The notes under the pieces: model-generated | Seen by the model: only the letters and a program-made list of their open reading frames with translations | Told to the model about the DNA's origin: nothing | Database searches by the model: none | Shown here: positions 32,503 through 42,016 of the stretch, one piece after another | Layout of the letters: every line of letters starts with the position of its first letter | Position numbering within the stretch: the first letter of the stretch is position 1 | Translations under genes and position numbers: made by a program | IMG/VR virus record: IMGVR_UViG_3300034146_000005 | Location: 1-45,020 of that record | Direction: 5' to 3' (one strand) | Source: a virus | DNA: 45,020 nt

Positions 32503-32815
32503 GTGCTCTCTCCAATGTGTCAGCTATTACTTCTGCTTGGCGAGATAACACATAACGCCACGTTACGAAGAACAACACAGCATGAACGGAGACCATCAGC
32601 CATGTTGGGAAGTGAATGAGTCTAGGTACATAACCGGCAAACGAACAGAACACGAAGATGGCGAACAACTGTCCTAGAGCCCTTCTAGCAACAGGATCAC
32701 CATTACGCTTTCTCCAGAACTGTCCAGCGATGATGATGTAACCGAATGGGATACCTACTAGGAATATCTCCATTAGGAATCCCGCCCAACCATCTATGTA
32801 GTAACTTGTATGCAT
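32480..32815 (-). CDS. Holin-like membrane protein (111 aa, 3 TM, charged C-terminus)
   Basis: Hydrophobic segments GFLMEIFLVGIPFGYIIIAG, LFAIFVFCSFAGYV and LMVSVHAVLFFV, then a charged tail LERARDRDQSK. Confidence 0.55.
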   Translation of the reverse strand: MHTSYYIDGWAGFLMEIFLVGIPFGYIIIAGQFWRKRNGDPVARRALGQLFAIFVFCSFAGYVPRLIHFPTWLMVSVHAVLFFVTWRYVLSRQAEVIADTLERARDRDQSK

Positions 32816-32824
32816 GTTCCTTCC

Positions 32825-33283
32825 TTACGCTGTATTAACCCAAACAAGTGTCACAGTCACATCGGCAGTAGCAGTGGTTCCTGTAGCGGTATCAGTAACT
32901 GTAACTCGGAAGTGAGCAGTTAGAGGATAGCCTTCATAAACAGTTGCTGCAAATGTGGTACTAGCTGCTGTTGGTGAAGTAATTCCCACACTACTATCAC
33001 CACTCGTTCTGGCCCATGAGTAAGTGTATGGACCAGTTCCACTCGTGACAGTTACAGTTACTGCATCACTAGTAACACTACCAGTGTAAGAAGCTCCACT
33101 GTCAACTTTGGTCTCTTGGTCTGTGCTCAGGCTGATTCCAAAGGCAGAAAATACAGTTCTCAATGTTCCTGTGCTGTCTTTTATCCGAATACGCTGAATG
33201 GTCCGCAGGGTTCCTGTTTCATCACGCATACGAATACGTGTGATCGTTCTGGAAGTACCACCGCTGTCTCTAATCTTTACCAT
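32825..33283 (-). CDS. Tail-associated protein: 3 x 15-aa N-terminal tandem repeats plus Ig/PKD-like domain
   Basis: [15 protein letters not shown] / [15 protein letters not shown] / [15 protein letters not shown], then [15 protein letters not shown]...[22 protein letters not shown] (PKD/Ig-like pattern). Confidence 0.6.
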   Translation of the reverse strand: MVKIRDSGGTSRTITRIRMRDETGTLRTIQRIRIKDSTGTLRTVFSAFGISLSTDQETKVDSGASYTGSVTSDAVTVTVTSGTGPYTYSWARTSGDSSVGITSPTAASTTFAATVYEGYPLTAHFRVTVTDTATGTTATADVTVTLVWVNTA

Positions 33284-34440
33284 TCAAACACGATGTCCCC
33301 ATTCTGAGAAGTAGGATCAGCGCCCATAGCCTGAACAAAGATGCGTCCACCAGTCATTGAGGCGTTGTCAAAATAAGGATGGACACCCTTTGTGCTACGA
33401 ACAATATTGCCAGTGACAATGCCACCCTGAGTTTCCAACGCTCCGAGAGCCGTACAAGCAGCAGATGCAGAAGATGCACCAGTTCCTCCATTTGCTATGG
33501 TTAGATCAGCACCACTCCAATTGCTGTTGTCAATGGTTGAAGCAACTGCAAGACTTCCAAGGCCAAGAGCAGTTCTAGCTCCGGCTGCATCAGTTGCACC
33601 AGTTCCACCCTTGTTGAGTGGAAGAGTTCCAGTAGCGCCAGCGAGACTAACTGTGCCCGTGATTGTACCACTGACACTGAGATTGCCACTGAGGACAACA
33701 TTGCCGGTTGGAATGTCAACTGTGATACCAGTCGTCAAACCCTTACCACCAAGACGGACGGCATCACCTGACATACGGGCGATTGTGAAATCATTAGCAC
33801 CTGCTAGATCAACTTCCAGACCACCATAGATCATCAGATTGGCAGTGGCATTGCTCCATTCAACAACTGTTGCACCACCTGCACGGAGGTAAATGGAGTT
33901 GGTAGCATGGTTGTAGTATACACCACCGAACAAGGCATTGGTATCACTGAAAGCGAAGTACTGGACACTACCATCAGGACCAACAAGTTCTACACCACCA
34001 GTTCCAGAGAGTACACTCTTGAGATTACCAGTGTTGATGAGGTTGGTGAATCTGCGAATTGGAGCAATCACATGAAATGATGCGCCATCATAGACAGCAC
34101 GAACAATCTCGCCTGACTGTAGATCACCGGATGCAAGATCATTACCAAGGAACTTTAGAGCTTTGGCACCCGCTCCATTCACATTGACAGTTGTAGCTCC
34201 GATCACATTAGAGGTGAGCCTGAAAGTGATAACCTTCCCATTGCTCAGCGTGACCGCAGGAGTATAGGTCAATATGAGTGCATCAGCAGTACCAGCGGCG
34301 CTAGTGAACGGAGGATCGTTAAGGTTGGCACTAATCAAAGCGTCAATCAACATCACATTGTCCCAAGCATCTTGCAGCCAATTAGGACTGTTGAAGTCGA
34401 TCAGCTTCAAGCCATTCTCTGTGTAGCCCGAAACACTCAT
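33277..34440 (-). CDS. Tail fibre protein
   Basis: [26 protein letters not shown] and [20 protein letters not shown] are the tail-fibre repeat motif (GGTGA..A..AR.NLG) seen in many podovirus fibres. ATGA coupling upstream. Confidence 0.7.
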   Translation of the reverse strand: MSVSGYTENGLKLIDFNSPNWLQDAWDNVMLIDALISANLNDPPFTSAAGTADALILTYTPAVTLSNGKVITFRLTSNVIGATTVNVNGAGAKALKFLGNDLASGDLQSGEIVRAVYDGASFHVIAPIRRFTNLINTGNLKSVLSGTGGVELVGPDGSVQYFAFSDTNALFGGVYYNHATNSIYLRAGGATVVEWSNATANLMIYGGLEVDLAGANDFTIARMSGDAVRLGGKGLTTGITVDIPTGNVVLSGNLSVSGTITGTVSLAGATGTLPLNKGGTGATDAAGARTALGLGSLAVASTIDNSNWSGADLTIANGGTGASSASAACTALGALETQGGIVTGNIVRSTKGVHPYFDNASMTGGRIFVQAMGADPTSQNGDIVFEW

Positions 34441-36032
34441 CTGTTGCTTCCTCCATTGAGGTAGTTCATCGTGATGGACACGAACGACAATCCCTCACTA
34501 GCTGTTCCGTTGATTCTCAGCTTTGCAATCATGAACTTGCAAGGCCATGCATACTGCTTCTTGTGACTCGTGTTGCGACCACCACCGAACGGCTGCGATC
34601 CACTACCGAAGCCTCCCTGTTCACCTGCACTGAACTCCATAGACAGTGATGGGTCAGCGAAGTTGTCTACGAACATTTGAACAGTGAACTCAGACTCACC
34701 ACGAGTATCGAAGTGGATGTACTTGGTCTGCTTCGTGATGGCTCTGTTGCCAAAGTCCAGCCAAGGCATTTCCCAAGTGAATGGGATACCAGTGCCAGTA
34801 ACGGCAGGGACTTGTTTCAGGTCACTGTAATCAGTCTCACCTGAGTAGAGCCAGAAGTTGCCCTCACTATCCCCAAAGATGAGTTCCCCCTGTAGGGTCC
34901 TCAAACCACAGGTGAAGTTCCATCCAGTGAAGTCATTCCAAGACTCGATGTTGTCAGCCAAACGTGAGTACACAAACACTCGTGTCTCTGTGGTATCAAT
35001 AAGTGTTGAGCCATTAGGAATGAACAGCCAGAACTGTCCTTCTCTCTTGTTGTGAACAGCAAACACTCGATCCTCTAGAGCACCAAAAGATAGAGTGCTG
35101 AGAGCATCTCGAATCTCAGGATCAATAAGGGCACTGACCCTATCGGGCTTGAAGCTAGTCGAAAGCACCGTGCGGCGTATGGACGGGACACCTTCAAGAT
35201 CCATGAACAAGGCATCATCACCATAAGCAATGCCAGCACGGTGGGAGATGCTACCGTATCCAGCAACGCCATCGTCAAAAGAAGGAGTATGATTTCCCTC
35301 TTCATCTTCTGTTCCGATCGTACCGAATACCAGCCCCTCAGCGAACATCACAACGAGTTTACCACGGAAGGGCAGTAGACCTCTGATTGTGATAGCACTT
35401 GGAAGAACCGATCCAACATCAATACGTGTTGCGTTGTTAGGGGGTGGATCACCATACCAAGTTCCAGCTGCATCCTTAGCACTGATATGAACACGATCAG
35501 GTTCTAGAGGATCACCAGCCATTACTAGATAGCGATTGATGGCTACCACATACTTACAGATCGGGACATTTATGTTGGTGTGTGTCGCTGCGTCTTGGAG
35601 ATACTCGATGGCAAAATCTGGACCAATGTCGAGGGGCTTGTCGATCCCATTACATAGTATGAGATGTCCATTGAACTGTGCAAACGATACAAAGTCCGTC
35701 TCTCCCCACAGTCCTGTTGCGAGTTGGGCAGTACTTCCATCTGCAAGAGTGCGCCAGACATCTCCGTTGGCAGTAACTGAGATGATACTATCAATGAAAT
35801 ATTCTGCATTGATGAGTCCACTTCCATGAGTGAAGCCGAACTTAGTTACACCACAGCGAACCTCAATTCGTCCATCTGCTGTGTTGTAACAATTCGTCAA
35901 CTTGGTAGCGAAACGATATGACATATTCATATCATCATCGCTGACATTCCAACCACCAGTGAAGCCCCTCAATGTGGTACTGAGGAGCCTCTGAGCTAGT
36001 GGAAGTCTATTAGGAGTGACAGGCAACTTCAT
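34437..36032 (-). CDS. Tail nozzle / tail tubular protein B-like (531 aa)
   Basis: Position after the adaptor candidate. N-terminal L..GFTGGWN....M......L.N......GRIEVR.G pattern and beta-rich sequence typical of podovirus nozzle proteins. ATG at 36032 (TAATG) preferred to the track's GTG at 36041. Confidence 0.5.
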   Translation of the reverse strand: MKLPVTPNRLPLAQRLLSTTLRGFTGGWNVSDDDMNMSYRFATKLTNCYNTADGRIEVRCGVTKFGFTHGSGLINAEYFIDSIISVTANGDVWRTLADGSTAQLATGLWGETDFVSFAQFNGHLILCNGIDKPLDIGPDFAIEYLQDAATHTNINVPICKYVVAINRYLVMAGDPLEPDRVHISAKDAAGTWYGDPPPNNATRIDVGSVLPSAITIRGLLPFRGKLVVMFAEGLVFGTIGTEDEEGNHTPSFDDGVAGYGSISHRAGIAYGDDALFMDLEGVPSIRRTVLSTSFKPDRVSALIDPEIRDALSTLSFGALEDRVFAVHNKREGQFWLFIPNGSTLIDTTETRVFVYSRLADNIESWNDFTGWNFTCGLRTLQGELIFGDSEGNFWLYSGETDYSDLKQVPAVTGTGIPFTWEMPWLDFGNRAITKQTKYIHFDTRGESEFTVQMFVDNFADPSLSMEFSAGEQGGFGSGSQPFGGGRNTSHKKQYAWPCKFMIAKLRINGTASEGLSFVSITMNYLNGGSNR

Positions 36033-36664
36033 TAGAACCACCTATCAGGTATATCACCTGCATCTGGATTCAATGGAATTGCATGTGAGAAGCTATCATC
36101 GCGAAGCTTCTTCATCCGAGACTCAAACAACCCCTGATGCTTTGCAGCCGATGCGGGATTGGCACCATCATCTGCAAAGTACGCCCATGCAGCGTAGTGC
36201 ACAAGAGCAAGATCATCGAATGGAACTGTATCAGTGAGGATGAAGTCACTGTAACTCTTGCGGCCGACAACCTCAATGCTACCCTCAGCTTCGAGAGGAT
36301 ATATAGTGAACAGTCCAGTATCCGAAGCTTCGATGTACTTCGGAACGGTTCCTGTGATGTTGAAGGTTGACAGTGAAGGGGGAAGCTGCATCAATGGACG
36401 CGGCGATCCTTCACGAAACACATGACGAATGTCATCCCACTGTGTGATGTGAGTAAGCGTAGCAGTGATTTTGCCAGTAGTCTCATCCAAGACTCGGCGC
36501 TCACGCCTAAGAAATTGTGGCCACCATTCGGCACGATAACAATGTTTGAAGCCCTCGTTAATGTGCCGAATGATAGTGTCTTGAGAATAGATCTGCACCC
36601 CCGGCCCTGCACTCTGATACAAAGCGTGCTGTACATCAGTGAGCAGTGCTTGAAGTGTTTTCAT
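36032..36664 (-). CDS. Head-tail adaptor / tail tubular protein A-like (210 aa)
   Basis: Size and position (after the capsid block, before the nozzle) as for gp11-class adaptors. No diagnostic motif. Confidence 0.45.
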   Translation of the reverse strand: MKTLQALLTDVQHALYQSAGPGVQIYSQDTIIRHINEGFKHCYRAEWWPQFLRRERRVLDETTGKITATLTHITQWDDIRHVFREGSPRPLMQLPPSLSTFNITGTVPKYIEASDTGLFTIYPLEAEGSIEVVGRKSYSDFILTDTVPFDDLALVHYAAWAYFADDGANPASAAKHQGLFESRMKKLRDDSFSHAIPLNPDAGDIPDRWF

Positions 36665-36680
36665 GATCTATCCTCAAAGT

Positions 36681-36716
36681 GGGTGTGCGAAGTAGAGGAC
36701 AATACCCCGCACACCC
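36681..36716 (-). other. Perfect 9-bp stem hairpin between the capsid and tail gene blocks (possible attenuator or RNA-stability element)
   Basis: Minus strand reads GGGTGTGCG N18 CGCACACCC then ACTTTGAGG. It has no strong U-run. Confidence 0.5.
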
Positions 36717-36746
36717 ATCTGCTAACAGCCCCAGACCGCAGCAGAC

Positions 36747-37382
36747 TTATGCACCTCTAATACCGTACAGTCCCCCGTTGCCATTGGCATTGAGAACATT
36801 GTACGGAAGAAAGGTAGCCAGAATCCGGTTGGACCCGTTAAGTGCGGTGGACGGAATGTACGTCCCTCGCGGATCGCCGGTAGTAGAAGTCTGCGGATCA
36901 GTGAGGACACCGGCAACAAAAGTACCAATGGTAGCTTCAGCACCATTACCAGTTTCCTCCATCACGTTAGACATACGATAAGGAAGTCCAAGCTTGGAAC
37001 CCCAACCGAGCGAAACAGCGCCGGTGAAAGCAGGAGTTACACTGTCGATCCACTTGAACGCCTTGAGACCAGCAGTGCTAGCCGCAATCGTTTCAGTAAT
37101 CGACTGTCCAAGATAGTCCTTACCGCGAACAGTGACACTTCCACCTGCACCCGCCGCAACATTGCGTCCGAACGGAGCATCGGCAGAATCATCACCGAAC
37201 GTAGTCATTGCAGTACCACTAGTACCCGCAACAGCGTTGAGAATATCAGTAGCACTAGCAGCCGCAGGAGTTAGAAAGTCCACCATGTACGGTGCGCCAT
37301 GAATAATATCAGCGGCATACCCACATGCGGGAACATAACTATCGTACCTACGGTTGCGGAAAGATGCAACACGCTGTACCAT
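36747..37382 (-). CDS. Virion structural protein (211 aa), possible capsid decoration/cement protein
   Basis: G/A/T-rich beta-type sequence two genes after the major capsid gene. Function inferred from position only. Confidence 0.4.
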   Translation of the reverse strand: MVQRVASFRNRRYDSYVPACGYAADIIHGAPYMVDFLTPAAASATDILNAVAGTSGTAMTTFGDDSADAPFGRNVAAGAGGSVTVRGKDYLGQSITETIAASTAGLKAFKWIDSVTPAFTGAVSLGWGSKLGLPYRMSNVMEETGNGAEATIGTFVAGVLTDPQTSTTGDPRGTYIPSTALNGSNRILATFLPYNVLNANGNGGLYGIRGA

Positions 37383-37399
37383 TTGATCTTACCTCCTTG

Positions 37400-37780
37400 T
37401 TAAGCAGTGGCGTCGGCAGTCTTGACTTTACGCCTCGATGGCATTTCCGCATCGTCCTCAAGAATGATATTGCTATCATCAGGAGAACCGAAGTCATACG
37501 GATCACCACCGAGATTTACTACGTCACCCGTTTCCATATCGACCATGCGCGGGCGGAGATGATAGCCTTGACGCTCCAAATCCTTCCTGTCCGTAATACG
37601 GATGCTGTGGCCCTGAGGGAACCTAACTAGCCAGCACTCTTTCTCTTCAGTAACTGTCTCATGCTGCATGGTGGGAACTTCTGCTCCCTCCTCCTTCACC
37701 ATTCGACACTTATTGTAGGTCACAGGTTGCTTGCCTAGATAGGTTGTATGATAACGAGCTTTGATGTTACGACCAGCCAT
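37400..37780 (-). CDS. Hypothetical protein downstream of the capsid gene (126 aa)
   Basis: ATG ORF with a GGAGGA SD, 19 nt after the capsid gene stop. Confidence 0.6.
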   Translation of the reverse strand: MAGRNIKARYHTTYLGKQPVTYNKCRMVKEEGAEVPTMQHETVTEEKECWLVRFPQGHSIRITDRKDLERQGYHLRPRMVDMETGDVVNLGGDPYDFGSPDDSNIILEDDAEMPSRRKVKTADATA

Positions 37781-37799
37781 TGTGTCCTCCTAGTTGGTC

Positions 37800-38747
37800 T
37801 TAGTTGTTGAGAACGCCATGAGTCCTGTATGCGCGCCACAGAGCCAACTGACCCTGCCACACGATACGAGAACCCGTAGCATCCGTATCCCACGGTGCAG
37901 TAAGCTGCTTGACCTTCATATTCACATGCCGAAGAATGTGGACACGAAGATACTTGCTGTTGATGAAGTATGCCTTGTTGACAGGACAATCTTCATCATA
38001 GAGGATCGGAATACCCTGATGCGAAATACCAGAGAATCCAAGATCCATCATACGCTTACCGTTGTTGGTCTCGCTCAGGTTGAAAGTAACCTTCGCTCGA
38101 ACCGCCGCACGATACAGTCGGTAGATGTTACGCCCAACAAGGATGAGGTCCGGCTTGTCGTTCTTGAGAGTAAGATCAAGCAGAATATCATCAAATGCCT
38201 CTTCAATGTTACCAGCGTTGAGAGCACCAGCAAAGTTGTAAGAGGAAGTACGCCACTGAGTTTCATTCGCACGGTTGATACCACCGAGCGTTCCCGTAGT
38301 GGGATCATCAGGGATCAGAGATGCAAGGCCCATCGGATCAGTACCGCCACCTGCTGCATACAGGTAGTCAGAGAACTTCTCCTTGATGCTCTCTTCAAGA
38401 ACATCCATCTTGGCCTTGAGAAGCTTGAAGATCATGGACTCGCCACGATTCTCATCTTCTTCCTGATCGGAGATGATAACCGTACCAGCAACACGAGACC
38501 AGTAGTACGCCAGAGTGGTGAACTCATTGGTCTGTGCAACCGGAAGCTGATCGTAGTATTCATACGATGCAACGTTCGGGTTACGTCCGACAGTCAGCGG
38601 ATTGGTGATGTTGTAACCACCATCTTCGTACTCTACGCGGTCACTTGCAAAAGCCCAAGCCATCAGCGCATTACTACGCATAGAGGCCATAATAAGCTTA
38701 CGCCGCGACTTCTGTAGAGTGGCATTAAGGACAGTTGCAAGTGCCAC
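37800..38747 (-). CDS. Major capsid protein (HK97 fold)
   Basis: 315 aa, immediately after the scaffold-like gene. Strong codon bias (the antisense frame is almost fully open). Sequence pattern typical of small podovirus MCPs. Confidence 0.75.
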   Translation of the reverse strand: MALATVLNATLQKSRRKLIMASMRSNALMAWAFASDRVEYEDGGYNITNPLTVGRNPNVASYEYYDQLPVAQTNEFTTLAYYWSRVAGTVIISDQEEDENRGESMIFKLLKAKMDVLEESIKEKFSDYLYAAGGGTDPMGLASLIPDDPTTGTLGGINRANETQWRTSSYNFAGALNAGNIEEAFDDILLDLTLKNDKPDLILVGRNIYRLYRAAVRAKVTFNLSETNNGKRMMDLGFSGISHQGIPILYDEDCPVNKAYFINSKYLRVHILRHVNMKVKQLTAPWDTDATGSRIVWQGQLALWRAYRTHGVLNN

Positions 38748-38759
38748 TTCTATTCCTCC

Positions 38760-39833
38760 TTACACGTTCATTCCTGCTTCGCGCATCGCTTGTTTCACGA
38801 TGTCACCCATGTCGGAATCTTCATGGGCGATCCTGACTTCATCAGCTGAGTGCGTAGTTGTCGTATCAATGTTACGACCGTTCGGCAGTGGAGCTTTGGG
38901 AGCAGGTTGCTGTTGAGTTGAGTTGGATTCGGGAGACGCACTCTGCTTAAGGTTTTCCTCAAGCGAGAGGGACCAGTCATATCCACGAGCAATAAACTCG
39001 TTCTTCAACTGGAAATACGCGGACTCTAATTCGAGTTCCGGGTGGTCTCCCATCATACGCGCAAGAAGTGCGTCGTGGGGTCTTGCATCTGGATGATTAG
39101 TGTAGAAGCGAGTTGCAGTCTCTTGTGCTTCTCGTGCAATGTCCGCTTCACTAGTCTGCTGCTGTTGTGGATTCTGTGCAAGATAAGCGTCGATGACCCG
39201 CTGTCTTGCCAACTGGTCCACGCCAGCCCCGATGCTCTCTACACTATGCCCTTGTGCGAGCACTTCTGCAAGCAGTTTCTTCATGGTGCCAACGGGGTCA
39301 CTTTGAAGATCACGCACGATGTTGACACCAATCCGAACGTGGTCCGGCGGTACACCCTGTACACTCTCTACACTCTGGCGAATCGTGTCACGCTCACGAA
39401 TTGCTTCATCACGTTCACGCTGTAGAGTAGTTGCCTGAGTTTTCCAGTGATTGGCTTCCTGTCGTGCAACTTCACGCTGCTCATAGAACCGCCTCTCAGG
39501 ACCACCACGAACAACAGTTCCATCAGCAAGAGTTAGATCTTTGGCACCAGCAGTAGGCTTCTTTTCTTCCTGTCCCTTTTTGTCAGGCTGCTGTTGTGCA
39601 GTACGGTCGCCTCCACCGCTTGTGCTATCTTTCTTGTCGCCCGACTTGGCAGGTTCACCTGTCTTACCAGCTTCCGTTCCGCTCGGAGTTTCAGCGTTCG
39701 GTGTTTGGGTAGTGCTTTCATCGGGCTTTCCATCCTGAGCTTCAATAGCGATATTGATGTGCTTCTCGAACGGATCTTCGTTCGCAGTTGGGGCTGCTTC
39801 GGTAGCGTTGGGAATATTCGGGTTAGTAGCCAT
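38760..39833 (-). CDS. Scaffolding protein
   Basis: 357 aa between portal and capsid. Disordered acidic/K/T/G-rich N-terminal part then Q/E/R-rich helices. Confidence 0.65.
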   Translation of the reverse strand: MATNPNIPNATEAAPTANEDPFEKHINIAIEAQDGKPDESTTQTPNAETPSGTEAGKTGEPAKSGDKKDSTSGGGDRTAQQQPDKKGQEEKKPTAGAKDLTLADGTVVRGGPERRFYEQREVARQEANHWKTQATTLQRERDEAIRERDTIRQSVESVQGVPPDHVRIGVNIVRDLQSDPVGTMKKLLAEVLAQGHSVESIGAGVDQLARQRVIDAYLAQNPQQQQTSEADIAREAQETATRFYTNHPDARPHDALLARMMGDHPELELESAYFQLKNEFIARGYDWSLSLEENLKQSASPESNSTQQQPAPKAPLPNGRNIDTTTTHSADEVRIAHEDSDMGDIVKQAMREAGMNV

Positions 39834-39853
39834 TAGATTGTCCTCTTCACTCT

Positions 39854-42016
39854 TTACGAGGGTTGTAGTTCTGCCTCAATTTGTTCTAGTGCTTCAGCGG
39901 GAGGCATACCACTTTGCACCAACTCCTCTAGCTTCGCTTGTGCAGCAGGAGGAAGTTTCGCTATTCTCTCTTGAGTCTGTGCTAGCAACTCTTCATCAGT
40001 CAATGGCTGTTGTGGACCTTGTGCAGCGGGATCACCTCCTTGTGGTTGTCCACCGGGTCCAGCACCTGCCTTCTGAAGAGTCTGCATGATTGTCATGATG
40101 ATGAACTCCCACTCTTCATCACTAATCACAACCTCATCAAATGCCCGCTCTACCATCTTAATCATTGGGATGGCAACACCCGGAGCGCCACTTGCGAACT
40201 GTCCTAGGACTTGTGCGAGTTGGAGTGCCTGTTCTTTCTTGGTACGCGAGTTCGGCTTCTCAATACTACCTCCCTCAATACGCGCAGAGAACTCTGTTTC
40301 AAGTTCACGAGCATCCGTAATCTTCGTCCAAGCTTTGGCAAGCGCACTACCAATCAATCCTGTTATCTCTGCGGCATCCCAATTCATCATACACAGGATA
40401 CCAATGTTCCACATCACATCAGCGATAAAATCTTCGATAAGATCGACACGCTCATCAACACGAATGTCAACATTTTGCTGGTAAGCTTGAACAGCCTTGT
40501 TCGTCGTGTTGGTTTTGAACTGTGCTCCTCGCATCGCATCATTGATACCAGTGATCCTGTTGATAGCAGCGAACTTACTATCAGGGTTGAACAATTCTGG
40601 CATAGAGAGCGATGGAGGAACAAAGGAGAACACGTGATCTTGAATCTTCGTACCCTCTGGAATATCTACCCCACGAGCAGTACCATCATCTCCCTTCAAC
40701 ACTTGCTCAACATCAGCCTGAGACATACTATTCTTGTTGTATAGAATATTCCTCTTGGCCCACTGACGACCACGCCTTATCTCATCATGGATTTCGTTAA
40801 TTGCGTCCTGTTGGTCAAGATAGTAGCTGACTTCTCCCTTGGGATTTTGAGAATTAACTGCCTCATGGAACCATAGACGGAAGTAGGGGAAGAAACGCGG
40901 CAAACGCAACGGATCATCCCACACCCACACCGGCCATTTCCAGTTGTTGTCAGCAAACAATAGCACCCGACGAGTTGTGCGGTCCCACACGTACCACACT
41001 TTAGTATACTGAGCAGTTCTAAAAGCTTTATCGTTGGTGTAGCCATGCGACGCAGCTTCCAGATCGTCACCCAAGAGCTTAAAGTTGTTAACTGCTTCTT
41101 CAACGTCATGCACTCCTGAGCCTTTGTTGAGAACATGTGTTGGCTCATACACAGAGCGATGTTCTTCACCCTGCTTCTGTGCATACACGGCATTGAGATA
41201 TGCAGTAGGAAGGAAGTCCTCCTCCATCATCCAGTTGGCATCACTACCATCTGGTTCAACAGCGGTGGGATCGGTGATGATCTGATGAGGCAAACGATTC
41301 TTCACGAACGGACCGCTTGGAGAGAGCATAGCAATCTTCTCTTCGAGAGCCATGATCTTGCCTTCAACAGCAAGAATCTCTTTGCGTGACTTAGCATTCT
41401 CCAACTCAGTAGAGAGGTTCTGCAACTCAGCAATAGCTTCTTCGCTACTGTCCTGTTTGAAAGTCCAACCAATCTTGATCCAAGCACTATTGGTCAGCAA
41501 TGCAGTAAGCACCGCACGACGCATCTTAGGCTTGAGATTGATTCCCGGAGCACTCTTCTTAGGCATCAACACATTGAGCAGACGCTCTAGTGCCTTGCCA
41601 CGAGGCTCAGATGCATCATTCTGTGTAGTGATCGTGACAGTAGGATTCTTTGCATACAGCATCGGGACCATGATACTGCAATTAGCAAAGACAACATTCT
41701 CAGTCTCAGTCCATCCTTCACCGAGTCTACGAGTTGGACGGTTGCTGGCGGCACCATCAGTTGGGTTGCGGTGGGTAGACTGATCGTTATCATAGTAACG
41801 AATAGCCTCATCCCAATTGTTCACAGAGTTACTGCGAGCACCACAACCCTGATCCTTGCGAGAACTCCATAGCATACCAGTATGCTTAGACACAGGAATC
41901 CTACTGTCGCCTACGATCCTGTAGAGCGGTACATTCTCTTCTTCTGTTCTCTTCAGCCCAGCCCCTGCACGAGCAAGCTGCTTCTCAATTACAGGATCAG
42001 TGATTTCAGGCGGCAT
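39854..42016 (-). CDS. Portal protein
   Basis: 720 aa, start overlaps the TerL stop by 11 nt, with an acidic/Pro/Gln-rich C-terminal tail. Canonical TerL-portal-scaffold-MCP order. Confidence 0.8.
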   Translation of the reverse strand: MPPEITDPVIEKQLARAGAGLKRTEEENVPLYRIVGDSRIPVSKHTGMLWSSRKDQGCGARSNSVNNWDEAIRYYDNDQSTHRNPTDGAASNRPTRRLGEGWTETENVVFANCSIMVPMLYAKNPTVTITTQNDASEPRGKALERLLNVLMPKKSAPGINLKPKMRRAVLTALLTNSAWIKIGWTFKQDSSEEAIAELQNLSTELENAKSRKEILAVEGKIMALEEKIAMLSPSGPFVKNRLPHQIITDPTAVEPDGSDANWMMEEDFLPTAYLNAVYAQKQGEEHRSVYEPTHVLNKGSGVHDVEEAVNNFKLLGDDLEAASHGYTNDKAFRTAQYTKVWYVWDRTTRRVLLFADNNWKWPVWVWDDPLRLPRFFPYFRLWFHEAVNSQNPKGEVSYYLDQQDAINEIHDEIRRGRQWAKRNILYNKNSMSQADVEQVLKGDDGTARGVDIPEGTKIQDHVFSFVPPSLSMPELFNPDSKFAAINRITGINDAMRGAQFKTNTTNKAVQAYQQNVDIRVDERVDLIEDFIADVMWNIGILCMMNWDAAEITGLIGSALAKAWTKITDARELETEFSARIEGGSIEKPNSRTKKEQALQLAQVLGQFASGAPGVAIPMIKMVERAFDEVVISDEEWEFIIMTIMQTLQKAGAGPGGQPQGGDPAAQGPQQPLTDEELLAQTQERIAKLPPAAQAKLEELVQSGMPPAEALEQIEAELQPS

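Noticed and set aside
31915-33283. Diversity-generating retroelement or CRISPR-like repeats near the tail genes
   Set aside because: The repeats are in-frame coding repeats (the PV linker and the 15-aa units). There is no reverse transcriptase, no template/variable repeat pair and no spacer-repeat periodicity anywhere in the genome.
37794-38717. 307-aa plus-strand ORF covering almost the whole capsid gene
   Set aside because: It is the antisense frame of a strongly codon-biased, highly expressed gene. No ribosome-binding site is present and the composition is not protein-like (R/S/L/V/T-rich). The minus-strand product is a convincing major capsid protein in canonical synteny.
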